From contig CAYVHW010000001.1 in the NCBI GenBank assembly GCA_964451435.1, positions 740 to 64,739 of the forward strand: 64,000 nucleotides of DNA, in the 5' to 3' direction. This DNA is from an uncultured Nitrososphaeria archaeon (GTDB lineage: Archaea; Thermoproteota; Nitrososphaeria_A; Caldarchaeales; Wolframiiraptoraceae). A model generated the notes under the pieces. That model did no database searches and was not told the origin of the DNA. It was given only the letters and a program-made list of their open reading frames with translations. Each line of letters opens with the position of its first letter. Position 1 is the first letter of the stretch. The translations under genes and the position numbers were made by a program. Shown here piece by piece: positions 8,562 through 18,150 of the stretch.

Positions 8562-11098
8562 GGCGCGTATTAACGCTCATAATCATAGTGCTTTTAATGG
8601 CGACCATAGCGCCGATGATGGCTGAGGAGAAATACGTTCCTCCCCACGATCAGCCCGGACCCGCTGTCGATAGGCTCATCTTTAAGAAGGTCGACCAGGA
8701 TCTAGCGCCGAAGCTCATTGAGAGGGGAGATATAGACATCTATCTCTATAACTTGAAGATCTCGACGGCGTATGAGTATCTTAAGAGTAGGAAGGTTAGG
8801 ATCTATGAAGCCCCATCATCCATGATATCGATCTTGATGAATCCCGCGCCTGCTCCTAAGGGATCCCTAAACCCATTATCGATTAAGAGGATTAGGTGGG
8901 CGATCCAATTCTTGATCGATAGGGATTCCATCGCTAATTCGATCTATCGAGGCTTCGCCCTCCCAATGTACTCCCATGTATCCCCACTCGACTACGATTA
9001 CTTGGTCGTTGCCGGGGCGTTGAAGGAGCTGGGGATAACCTATGATCCAGACTATGCCAAGGAGACCATCTTTGAAGAGATGAGGAAGGCTGGGGCGGAG
9101 CTGGTTAATGGTAAGTGGATCTATGAGGGGAAGCCTGTTGAGCTAAAGTTCATCATAAGGATCGAGGACGAGAGGAGGGAGATAGGTAACATGCTCGCCG
9201 AAGAGCTCGAAAAGCTGGGATTCACGGTCAAGAGACTATACAAGGACTTCGCCCAAGCCCTCTCAATAGTCTATAGAACCGATCCAGCCGCATTTGAATG
9301 GCATCTATATACAGAGGGCTGGGGGAGGGGGGCTGTCGAGAGATATGACTATGCGACGATAAACCAGATGTGTGCCCCTTGGCTCGGATATATGCCAGGA
9401 TGGCTCGAATACGGGTTCTGGCAATACAGGAACAAGCGATTGGATGAGCTTGGGAAGAGGCTCTTCAAGGGAGAGTATAAGGACTTAGCCGAAAGGAACG
9501 AATTCTATGTCGAGGCGACGAAGCTCTGCCTACAAGAATCGATTAGAGCTTGGGTGGTGATAGTAATGAACGCCCTACCCGCCAGAGCCGATCTAAAAGG
9601 GGTCTCAACCGACGCGGTCTCAGGTCTAAGATCACTCTGGACACTCAGGTCGGCTTACGTAGAGGGCGGAGAACTCAAGGTAGGCCATCTTTGGGTGAGG
9701 CCATACATGGGATCGGCTTGGAACCCTATCGCGGGCTTCACCGATGTTTATAGTGTGGATATTTGGAGACAGCTCCACGACCCACCGATCTGGAGAGATC
9801 CCTCGACCGGGATCCCGATGCCATTCAGGGCCAACTACACGGTTGAGACCGCTGGGCCTGAAAGATGGATCGATGTGCCGGAAGACGCCTTCATCTGGGA
9901 CTCTAAGAGTAATTCATGGGTTAGGGTTGGTGAGGGAGTTAAGGCTAGGAGCAAGGTCGTCATAGACTATAGCCTATACTTCAAGTCTAGGTGGCATCAC
10001 GGGATAGGGATGGATTGGAGCGATGTCCTATACTCAATATACCAGACATTCGACATGGCATATAATCCAGAGAAGTCTAAGATCGAGGTGGCTCTAGCGG
10101 CCACAAGCAAGCCGATACTCGAGACATTCAAGGGATTCAGAATCCTAGACGAGTATAGGTTGGAGGTTTACGTCGATTACTGGCATCCAATTAAGGACTA
10201 CATAGCCGAGTATGCTCAGCCATGGGGGGCGAGCATGCCATGGGAGATATTATATGCGATGGATATACTGGTCTTCGAGGAGAAGAAGGCGGCTTATAGC
10301 GATACCGCCGCCGCTAGGATGCAGGTCGATTGGCTGAACTTGATAGAGCCTAAACAAGCCAGAAGGCTTGTAGGTATCCTTAGAAGGTTGATCGAGGCTG
10401 GAGAATATCCTAGAAACATCTTTGAGATCCCAGCATCTAAGGAATGCTTTGAGAGCGTCGATGATGCTTTAAAGAGATACTCAGCCTCGATTAAGTGGTT
10501 TAAAGGTCATGGCCACTTGGTGATAAGCAACGGCCCATTCTATCTAGAGAAGATAGGGACTGTGGCAGAGCAATACGCTGAGCTTAGAGCTTTCAGGGAT
10601 CCAAGCTATCCATTCAAGCCCTCAGCCCTCTATGTCGGCCGGCCCAAGAGGATAGAGCTCGATGTCCCCAGAATAGTGAACGCTATTAAGGGGGAGCCTC
10701 TAAAATTGGATGTTCACGTGGAGGGGCCTGGAAAGCTCGGCCTAAAGCTCATTCTACTCGACCCATATTCTGGGAAGATAGTCTATGAGGCGCATGCAGA
10801 GAAGGGCTTGATCGAGATACCCGCCGAGGTCTTCAAAGACTTAAGGGAGGGGATCTATAAGCTATCCATAATAGCTTACAGCGACTCCATCTCAATAGTC
10901 TCCGAGAGGGTCGTCGAGATAAGCTTGAGTGAGAAGCCTCCTGTAAAGCCTACGATAACCCGGACAATCACCACGACCAAGACCGAGGAGCTTAAGCCGC
11001 CCGAGAGACCGTCGATAATCACCCCAACCCTAATCATGGTAATCGTGGTAGTGATCATAGCCGTCTCGATCATCGCCTTAAAGTTCAAGAAGAAGTAA
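8558..11098 (+). CDS. ABC transporter substrate-binding protein, family 5 (Opp/Dpp type), with Thr-rich linker and C-terminal TM anchor
   Basis: NPLSIKRIRWAIQFLIDR, FIIRIEDER, WHLYTEGW and ISNGPFYL motifs. Confidence 0.88.
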   Translation: MRRVLTLIIIVLLMATIAPMMAEEKYVPPHDQPGPAVDRLIFKKVDQDLAPKLIERGDIDIYLYNLKISTAYEYLKSRKVRIYEAPSSMISILMNPAPAPKGSLNPLSIKRIRWAIQFLIDRDSIANSIYRGFALPMYSHVSPLDYDYLVVAGALKELGITYDPDYAKETIFEEMRKAGAELVNGKWIYEGKPVELKFIIRIEDERREIGNMLAEELEKLGFTVKRLYKDFAQALSIVYRTDPAAFEWHLYTEGWGRGAVERYDYATINQMCAPWLGYMPGWLEYGFWQYRNKRLDELGKRLFKGEYKDLAERNEFYVEATKLCLQESIRAWVVIVMNALPARADLKGVSTDAVSGLRSLWTLRSAYVEGGELKVGHLWVRPYMGSAWNPIAGFTDVYSVDIWRQLHDPPIWRDPSTGIPMPFRANYTVETAGPERWIDVPEDAFIWDSKSNSWVRVGEGVKARSKVVIDYSLYFKSRWHHGIGMDWSDVLYSIYQTFDMAYNPEKSKIEVALAATSKPILETFKGFRILDEYRLEVYVDYWHPIKDYIAEYAQPWGASMPWEILYAMDILVFEEKKAAYSDTAAARMQVDWLNLIEPKQARRLVGILRRLIEAGEYPRNIFEIPASKECFESVDDALKRYSASIKWFKGHGHLVISNGPFYLEKIGTVAEQYAELRAFRDPSYPFKPSALYVGRPKRIELDVPRIVNAIKGEPLKLDVHVEGPGKLGLKLILLDPYSGKIVYEAHAEKGLIEIPAEVFKDLREGIYKLSIIAYSDSISIVSERVVEISLSEKPPVKPTITRTITTTKTEELKPPERPSIITPTLIMVIVVVIIAVSIIALKFKKK

Positions 11099-11127
11099 AC
11101 GGTTATATCCAACCGTTTTAAGACTTC

Positions 11128-11877
11128 ATGCGAGAAGCCTTGAGATATCTCAGGGAAATTACATACGTTGTTTTGGTTGTCGCGGCCATAACTTGCTTCA
11201 TCCTCGGATATCATCTCGGTCAAGCATATATGGCTCAAGAAGTAGAGGCACGTCGGGTGAAGATCGATCATCTGAAGAAGGAGATCCTAGGTTTAGAGGA
11301 TAGGGTTAAGGAGCTCGAGGATGAGCTTATGGAGCTTAAGTCAAAGAATTCAGAGCTGTTGAAGGTAAGAGAGACCCTTAAGTCAAGGATTAATGAGCTG
11401 ACCTCAAAGCTGGAGAAGGTGACTGAGGAGCTTAAGGAGGCTAAGAGGGTGGCTGAAGAGGAGAAGGCTCACGGCGCAGAGCTCGAAGCTAAGCTATCCA
11501 AGCTGTCGAGGGCGGTTGAGGTGCTTAAAGCTGACAAGGAGCTTCTAGTGGCCTTAAAGGCTGAAGTCCCTGAAACTAGGGAGGACGCTGAGAGATTTTG
11601 GAATGACACGAGGGAGTTGATCGAGAGAATAGATCCGAATATGGCCCCGATGATAGACAAGATACTCTACTATCTTGATAGTTACTTTGACTGGATTGAG
11701 GCGGCTCCCCCGGAGAACGCGACGAGAGAAGAGGTCTGCGAATGGCTCCTAAACTATACGACGAACTTTGAGGCTCAGCAGTATGGAAGAGCTATACAGG
11801 ATTTCAGAAGCGCGGCATACAACCTAATAATCTCCCATCTAAATGAGGTCTTGATAGCCTTGGAGGAGGTAAGATGA
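11128..11877 (+). CDS. Membrane-anchored coiled-coil protein, unknown function
   Basis: N-terminal TM, about 100 aa of heptad repeats, helical C-terminal domain. Confidence 0.7.
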   Translation: MREALRYLREITYVVLVVAAITCFILGYHLGQAYMAQEVEARRVKIDHLKKEILGLEDRVKELEDELMELKSKNSELLKVRETLKSRINELTSKLEKVTEELKEAKRVAEEEKAHGAELEAKLSKLSRAVEVLKADKELLVALKAEVPETREDAERFWNDTRELIERIDPNMAPMIDKILYYLDSYFDWIEAAPPENATREEVCEWLLNYTTNFEAQQYGRAIQDFRSAAYNLIISHLNEVLIALEEVR

Positions 11878-12515
11878 GGAGAGCATACATATTCCTACTG
11901 ATAATGATCCTTCTAGCATCGATCCATTCAATCCATGCTGAGGCTCCGGAGCCCGGAACGGGTTTCGCGACAGCCCCCCTCCTTAAGGATGGAGTTTACG
12001 ATTATCATTTAGCGGTTGGTGAGGTCCACTTCTTTAAGGTTTGGCTTGAGACCGGCCAATCACTCCATGTAATGATGAGAGTCCCGGTAGGCCAAGACTT
12101 TGACCTCTATCTCCTAAGCCCTGAGAGAGATCTGCTAGAGCGGAGCACTAGGCCGAGAGGTGAGGTCGAGACGGTATCCTGCCAAGCATCGTATCCAGGA
12201 TTCTATTACGTCCTCATCTCCAGCTATGGTGAGTCGAGCGGCCTCTACACCTTGAGGATAAGGATAATCGATCAGCCGACTAAGACCATTACGGTGACAT
12301 GGACCGAGACCGTCTATCTTACCGAGACTGTTAGTTCGCCGATCCTAAAGCTTGAAACCGTGACGAGGACTATCCATGTGACCAGAACCGAGGTGGAGAC
12401 GATATATGTTGAGAGGTTTCCATGGATCTTCATCAGCACGGTGACCTTAGGCGTCTTGATAATGTCTGGATTGATCGTGATGGCGATCATCATCAAGCGG
12501 GAGAAGGGCGGCTAA
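11874..12515 (+). CDS. Surface protein with a PPC (pre-peptidase C-terminal)-like domain
   Basis: Signal peptide, DFDLYLLSP...E...PGFYYV...SGLYTL, Thr-rich stalk, C-terminal TM. Confidence 0.75.
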   Translation: MRRAYIFLLIMILLASIHSIHAEAPEPGTGFATAPLLKDGVYDYHLAVGEVHFFKVWLETGQSLHVMMRVPVGQDFDLYLLSPERDLLERSTRPRGEVETVSCQASYPGFYYVLISSYGESSGLYTLRIRIIDQPTKTITVTWTETVYLTETVSSPILKLETVTRTIHVTRTEVETIYVERFPWIFISTVTLGVLIMSGLIVMAIIIKREKGG

Positions 12516-12578
12516 ACCTCTCAGGGATCTATGAGCCCAGCTCAGATCTTTAAACACATATCTTAACCCGAACCCCTC

Positions 12579-13610
12579 TTAAAGAATCGATCCATTATCC
12601 CCGGCTAATAGGTGGCAGGCCACCGAGTGCCCCTTCTTCACCTCTAAAAGTACGGGTTCAACCCTCTTGCAGATGGCCTTGGCATAAGGGCATCTTGGAT
12701 GAAACCTACAGCCTGTTGGAGGGTTTATCGGACTCGGAGGCTCGCCTCTTAGGGTCTTCCTATCTCTAAACCTATTCCTCGGGTCAGGTTCTGGAACCGC
12801 CTCGATCAAGGCTTGAGTGTATGGGTGGAGTGGGTTGTCTAGGAGTTCCCTCGGATCAGCTCTCTCAACTATCTTGCCCAGATACATGACCGCTACCTCA
12901 TCGCTGAAGTGCTTGGCAGTCGCTATATCATGGGTTATGTACATGAAGGTTATTCGATATTTTTCCTGTAAGCTTCTCAGGAGATAGAGGATCTCAGCTC
13001 TGCTGGAAGCGTCTATCATCGAGACAGGCTCATCCGCAACTACGTAATCGGGTCTGAGTATCAAGGCCCTAGCTATCGAGACCCTCTGCCTCTGGCCTCC
13101 GCTGAGCATATGAGGATACTTGAGGAGAAATTCGTCGACCGGCGTCAGCCTAACATCCTCCAAAGCCTTTGAAACCCTCTCAAGCCTATCCCTCTCGTCC
13201 ATCTTTTCATGGAGGATTAGAGGCTCCTCAACTATCTGCTTAACGGTCATGAATGGATCTATGCTGGAGTATGGGTCTTGGAAGATCATGGCCGTCCTCC
13301 TCCTAAACCATCTCAAATCAATCTCCGGAGAATCCGTGATATCTACTCCATCGAAGATTATTCTACCTGACGTGGGCTTGAGAAGCCTCAAGGATAGTCT
13401 CCCCAACGTCGTCTTACCGCATCCAGACTCTCCAACCAATGCCAAGGTCCTACCCCGCTCAATGCTCAGATCCACTCCATCCACGGCCTTAGCATAAAGC
13501 CTCTTGAAGATCCCAGCCCTAACCTCAAAATACATCTTAACATCCTCTAGCCTAGCAAGCTCCCCCAACTCGATCACCATAGATCCAGCACTTAATGAAG
13601 CGGCCATCAT
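12579..13610 (-). CDS. oppF: Oligopeptide ABC transporter ATPase (OppF/DppF)
   Basis: GESGCGKT, LSGGQRQR, HPYT and C-terminal CRFHPRC; start probably near 13580. Confidence 0.92.
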   Translation of the reverse strand: MMAASLSAGSMVIELGELARLEDVKMYFEVRAGIFKRLYAKAVDGVDLSIERGRTLALVGESGCGKTTLGRLSLRLLKPTSGRIIFDGVDITDSPEIDLRWFRRRTAMIFQDPYSSIDPFMTVKQIVEEPLILHEKMDERDRLERVSKALEDVRLTPVDEFLLKYPHMLSGGQRQRVSIARALILRPDYVVADEPVSMIDASSRAEILYLLRSLQEKYRITFMYITHDIATAKHFSDEVAVMYLGKIVERADPRELLDNPLHPYTQALIEAVPEPDPRNRFRDRKTLRGEPPSPINPPTGCRFHPRCPYAKAICKRVEPVLLEVKKGHSVACHLLAGDNGSIL

Positions 13611-14526
13611 CTAGTCTAAGATCCGGAGGATCTTCAGCGAAGCATCGCGCCTTAGCATGGAGACATCTTGGATGAAACCTGCAGCCGGCTGGAGGGCTTA
13701 CTAGATCTGGCGGAGCTCCTGGGATGAACTCGGGAGGCTTGTCGGATCTAAGCCTTGGTATCGATGCCAATAGTTTCTGAGTATATGGATGTTTTGGATC
13801 TAGTAGGATCTGCTCAGCCGTTCCGAGCTCAATTATCTGACCAGCATACATAACCGCTATCCTATCGCAGAGGTCGCTCGCCAAGGCTATATCATGGGTT
13901 ATGAAGATCATGGATAGACCAAGCTCCCTCTTCAACCTCTTCAATAGGTTCATTATCTGGGCTTGAACGCTGACATCTAGAGCTGAGGTCGGCTCATCAA
14001 GTATCACGAGCTTCGGGTTCATGACCAAAGCGGTTGCGATGACCACCCTTTGCTTCATCCCCCCACTAAGCTCATGGGGATACCTGTCGAATACGTCTTC
14101 TGGGAGACCTACGAGTCTCAGCTTATCGACTGCTACCTTGTATGCCTCATCCCTACTCATCCCAGCATTGATCATTAAGGGCTCGGCCACCTGAAACCCA
14201 ACCTTCAGAACCGGGTTTAGGGTGTTCATCGCTCCTTGAAAGACCATCGAGATGAGCTTCCACCTAACCCTCCTCCTAACCTCATCCTCATCCAGCTCAA
14301 CGACATTCAACCCATCTATGACCACCTCACCCTCATATCTCCCAGTATTCGCTGGCAACGCCTTGATGATCGCGATAGCCATGCTCGTCTTACCGCATCC
14401 AGACTCTCCGACGACCCCTAACGCCTCCCCATACTCGACATCGAATGAGATGCCGTCGACCGCCTTAACCAGCCCTCGCTCAACCCTATAGTAGAGCCTT
14501 AGATCTCGAACCGATAGGAGCGGCAT
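13552..14526 (-). CDS. oppD: Oligopeptide ABC transporter ATPase (OppD/DppD)
   Basis: GESGCGKT, YPHELSGGMKQR, DEPTSALD and CRFHPRC. Confidence 0.93.
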   Translation of the reverse strand: MPLLSVRDLRLYYRVERGLVKAVDGISFDVEYGEALGVVGESGCGKTSMAIAIIKALPANTGRYEGEVVIDGLNVVELDEDEVRRRVRWKLISMVFQGAMNTLNPVLKVGFQVAEPLMINAGMSRDEAYKVAVDKLRLVGLPEDVFDRYPHELSGGMKQRVVIATALVMNPKLVILDEPTSALDVSVQAQIMNLLKRLKRELGLSMIFITHDIALASDLCDRIAVMYAGQIIELGTAEQILLDPKHPYTQKLLASIPRLRSDKPPEFIPGAPPDLVSPPAGCRFHPRCLHAKARCFAEDPPDLRLDDGRFIKCWIYGDRVGGAC

Positions 14527-14554
14527 CCTAAGGGCTTGGAGCTTGACCCGATAT

Positions 14555-16000
14555 TTATCGCATTCTCCTAAGCCTTGGATTCACGACGGGTTCAAGCCCC
14601 AAGGCTATCAAGACGAAGGTTATCGCGGCGAAGACTATGAGGAGTCCTGGAGGTAAGGTCCACCACCAATATCCTAGGTAGACGGCCCCGCTCCTGAAGC
14701 CATATTCGAGTATCTGGCCCCAAGTCGGTATGGTTGGGTCTCCTAGACCTAGAAAGCTTAGAGATGCTTCTGCCAGGATCGCTGAGGGTGTGAAGAAGAT
14801 CATCTGGGCGAAGATGAATGGGGCTATCTGGGGGAAGATGTGCCTCAGCATGATCCACCATCTAGGAGCGCCTATCGAGACCGCTGCCTCGATGAATTGA
14901 CTCGACTTAATCTGAAGTATCATGGGTCTAACGATTATCGCCAGCCCCGGCCAGCTAAATGCTATCAAGATCGCGAAAATTATGACTAGCCTCGGCATCA
15001 CGGCTCCCAGAATGAAGGTGAAGAAGATGAGGATTGGGAGGAGGGGTATGTTCAGGAGTATATCACATATCCTTTGAATGCATGTATCAACCCTTCCTCC
15101 AAGATATCCGCTTATGATCCCGATGATCGCCCCTATCGCCGTGGTTATCGTCGAGGTTACAACTCCTATCAAGAGGGCTATGGGAAACCCGAATAAGAGG
15201 CCTACCGCGAGATCTCTTCCAAGAGTATCTGTTCCAAGAGCGCCATAGGTTCTGCCGCCGAGGACGAGTCTCACCAAGCCTATCGAGTCTCTCGGATCAT
15301 AGGTCAATGCCTTGATTATGAAGCGATACCTTCCTTTCAAGACATCGAACCTCGGCTTCCTCTGATCGATTAGCTCCCCGAATAAGATCCTCTCGATGCC
15401 TATTTTAGCTATATTCTCCCTCTCAAGCTCGACTCCATAGACTCTCTTAATCATCCTAGCTAAAGCCGAGATTACAGCTGGATCTCCTGAGAGGCTCAGC
15501 CTCTTAGGGGCTTCGACGTATCTCCTGTAGGGTGGTGATTCTCCAGCTCTAGGGCTTGAGACGGAGATCGACGTGAGATCGACGGAAACCGCATCAGGTC
15601 TCTCCAAGGTCACTAGGATTAGAGGAGGCTTCCTTGAGTGATAGACCACATCTCTAATCGATATCGAGATCATGGATGGGGTCTGATCATAATCGTATCT
15701 GAGATCGATGATGTATGTCAAGATCCTCGCGGCCCCCGCCTCCACGACCCTAGACGGCTCCCTCAGCTCCCAAACCATGTGGGGAGGGGGATTCTTGTCC
15801 GTGAATAGCCTACTCCAATCGGGTGGGACGGCCTTAGGGTTATCCGCCCAATAGGATGGATTGTTCCAAACCCTTAAGCCGAAGTCCCATGGATAGGTGA
15901 GCGCCACGTAGATCGAGATGGAGATCATGAAGGCTAAGAAGCATATGCCGATCCTCGAGTTCCAGCTCCTCCAAAACTCCCTCCAAGACTTCTCATACAT
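14555..16000 (-). CDS. oppC: Oligopeptide ABC transporter permease (OppC type) with a large extracytoplasmic domain
   Basis: LGTDTLGRD, FIEAAVSIGA, EASLSFLGLGDP and WWWTLPPG motifs. Confidence 0.9.
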   Translation of the reverse strand: MYEKSWREFWRSWNSRIGICFLAFMISISIYVALTYPWDFGLRVWNNPSYWADNPKAVPPDWSRLFTDKNPPPHMVWELREPSRVVEAGAARILTYIIDLRYDYDQTPSMISISIRDVVYHSRKPPLILVTLERPDAVSVDLTSISVSSPRAGESPPYRRYVEAPKRLSLSGDPAVISALARMIKRVYGVELERENIAKIGIERILFGELIDQRKPRFDVLKGRYRFIIKALTYDPRDSIGLVRLVLGGRTYGALGTDTLGRDLAVGLLFGFPIALLIGVVTSTITTAIGAIIGIISGYLGGRVDTCIQRICDILLNIPLLPILIFFTFILGAVMPRLVIIFAILIAFSWPGLAIIVRPMILQIKSSQFIEAAVSIGAPRWWIMLRHIFPQIAPFIFAQMIFFTPSAILAEASLSFLGLGDPTIPTWGQILEYGFRSGAVYLGYWWWTLPPGLLIVFAAITFVLIALGLEPVVNPRLRRMR

Positions 16001-16152
16001 CAGCCGAGCCTCCTCCTAGGGTAAGGGGTCCAGCCCTCATCCATAAAGCTTAACATCGAGGCTGGTTGTTAAGTCTTGGAGAAGACTTTAGGCTTAAACC
16101 CTTCACATGTTTCACCTCTTTAAGTCACAGATCATTATGATATGATAGGAGA

Positions 16153-17202
16153 TTAAATCCTGATCCTTGGGTCTAAGGCTATGTAGAGGATTTCGAGGAT
16201 GAATCTAGCCACCACGTAGATCAGGGTGTAGATATAGGTCAGTGCGGCGATTAACCCCTCCTCCATGGAGGTTATAGCCTGATAGTATAGGCTTCCCATC
16301 CCGGGCCATCCAAAGACCGTCTCGATCATTATGGATCCCCCGAGGGATCCGGCGAGCCCTAAGATTAGGTTCGTTATTATCGGCGGAGCAGCTACTCTGA
16401 GAATGTATCTCCTCCTAACGATCCTCTCCGGAAGACCCCTCATCCTAGCAGCGGCGACGAAGTCCTCCTGAGCGGTCGTCAAGACTATGGTCCTCGTCCC
16501 ATAGATCCATCCACCGACCGAGACTAGGACTAGGGTTAGGATCGGTAGGACAGAGTGCCAGAGAAGGTCTAGAAGCATTTGAATGGGATCTTCAGGCGGA
16601 GGGGTGCTATACATTCCGCCTAGTGGGAAGATCCTTAGATAGAAGCCGAAGACTAGGATGAACATTATCCCGGTCCACCATGATGGTAGAGCGTAGGAGA
16701 TCGCTGAGAGATATGATGTAATTCTATCAAGCCACGTCCCAGGCTTTGAAGCCACCTTCACCCCCATCCAGATCCCTAGAATCGCTGAGATGGCCACGGC
16801 CGTCGTTATGAGGAGGATCGTGTTCGGAAGCCTCTCGAGAATTATCTCAGAGATCAGCTGGCTTCCAGTGAATCCCTTGATAACCCTAGTTCTCCCAAGA
16901 TCGAAGAAGGCTATCCTAAGCATCATTTGAGGCATCCTAACATACCATGGCTTATCCAATCCATATGCCCTATAGATCTCCTCTCGCTGAGCCTCAATAG
17001 CCTCCCTCAAAGCCTCAGGATCCTTGATCTTCATCGCTAAGGATCTTCTAACCTCTTGGAGGGTCTGCTCAGCCATCGATGTCAAGATCCTATCTGATAT
17101 GCCTGTCAGCCCTAGAACTATGGTCAATAGGGCTAGTACGGCCACCACGACTAAGGCCAAGGATAGGAACCTGAGCAGGATCGTCCTTAATGCCCTCCTC
17201 AA
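16153..17202 (-). CDS. oppB: Oligopeptide ABC transporter permease (OppB type)
   Basis: YGLDKPW, DFVAAARMRGL, IETVFGWPGMG and LDPRIR motifs. Confidence 0.92.
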   Translation of the reverse strand: MRRALRTILLRFLSLALVVVAVLALLTIVLGLTGISDRILTSMAEQTLQEVRRSLAMKIKDPEALREAIEAQREEIYRAYGLDKPWYVRMPQMMLRIAFFDLGRTRVIKGFTGSQLISEIILERLPNTILLITTAVAISAILGIWMGVKVASKPGTWLDRITSYLSAISYALPSWWTGIMFILVFGFYLRIFPLGGMYSTPPPEDPIQMLLDLLWHSVLPILTLVLVSVGGWIYGTRTIVLTTAQEDFVAAARMRGLPERIVRRRYILRVAAPPIITNLILGLAGSLGGSIMIETVFGWPGMGSLYYQAITSMEEGLIAALTYIYTLIYVVARFILEILYIALDPRIRI

Positions 17203-17219
17203 TCATTAACCCCCCTCCA

Positions 17220-18092
17220 TCACTCCTCGACAACCTCATTCCTGATGAGCCCTATCCTCTCGATCCAAACCTCTATTATATCTCCAGCTTTCAGAAATTT
17301 TGGCTCGGGTTTCATCGCGTATCCGACTCCGGCTGGGGTTCCGGTCGCGATTATATCGCCTGGCTCTAGGGTCATGTTCATGCTGAGCTGGGAGACTATC
17401 GAGGATACTCCATGAATCATCTTTGAGGTGCTTGACTTCTGCCTAACCTCCTTATTCACCCTCGTCACGATCTTCAAGTCATTTGGATCCCCAACCTCGT
17501 CCGCCGAGACCAGATATGGCCCCATGGGGGCGAAGCTATCGAAGCCCTTACCCCTCGTCCACTGCCCGTCTCCGAATTGAATATCCCTCGCCGATACATC
17601 GTTTAAGACTATGTATCCGAAGACGTAGCTCAATGCCTCATCCTCACCAATGTTCTTACATCTCCTACCGATGACGACTGCTAACTCGCCCTCATAATCG
17701 AGTTGCTGAACTATTTTCGGCTTAACTATCGGGTCAAATGGCCCGGTCACGGCCGTGTTGGGCTTAAGGGTTATCGGGAGGCCGCTAGGAGGTTCGACTC
17801 CAAGCTCATCGGCTAGATCCACATAATTCAATCCAAGGCAGATTATCTTTCCGGGATTGGGTATTGGCGGATCTAGATGAACTGAGTAAATGGAGATTCT
17901 CTCCACATTAACCCCAGCTATGGCGGCATCTATAAACCCTTTAAGCTCATCATCGGGCAACAAGATCTTGACATCCCTCGGTATGCTCAGCCCTATCACC
18001 CCCTCGACGAACGATCTTGGGACAAACTCCGTCTTTGAGACCATGAATCCATAATCCCTCTCATCATCGACGCTATAGCTGACTATCCTCAT
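17220..18092 (-). CDS. Fumarylacetoacetate hydrolase family protein
   Basis: GKIICLGLNY, DYEGELAVVIG, NDVSARD, KGFD and GDIIATGTPAGVG motifs. Confidence 0.93.
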   Translation of the reverse strand: MRIVSYSVDDERDYGFMVSKTEFVPRSFVEGVIGLSIPRDVKILLPDDELKGFIDAAIAGVNVERISIYSVHLDPPIPNPGKIICLGLNYVDLADELGVEPPSGLPITLKPNTAVTGPFDPIVKPKIVQQLDYEGELAVVIGRRCKNIGEDEALSYVFGYIVLNDVSARDIQFGDGQWTRGKGFDSFAPMGPYLVSADEVGDPNDLKIVTRVNKEVRQKSSTSKMIHGVSSIVSQLSMNMTLEPGDIIATGTPAGVGYAMKPEPKFLKAGDIIEVWIERIGLIRNEVVEE

Positions 18093-18150
18093 CTAAGAGA
18101 TCTCCACGAAACCGGATATATAAGTTCAATATTCGTGAAAGGGGATCAGC

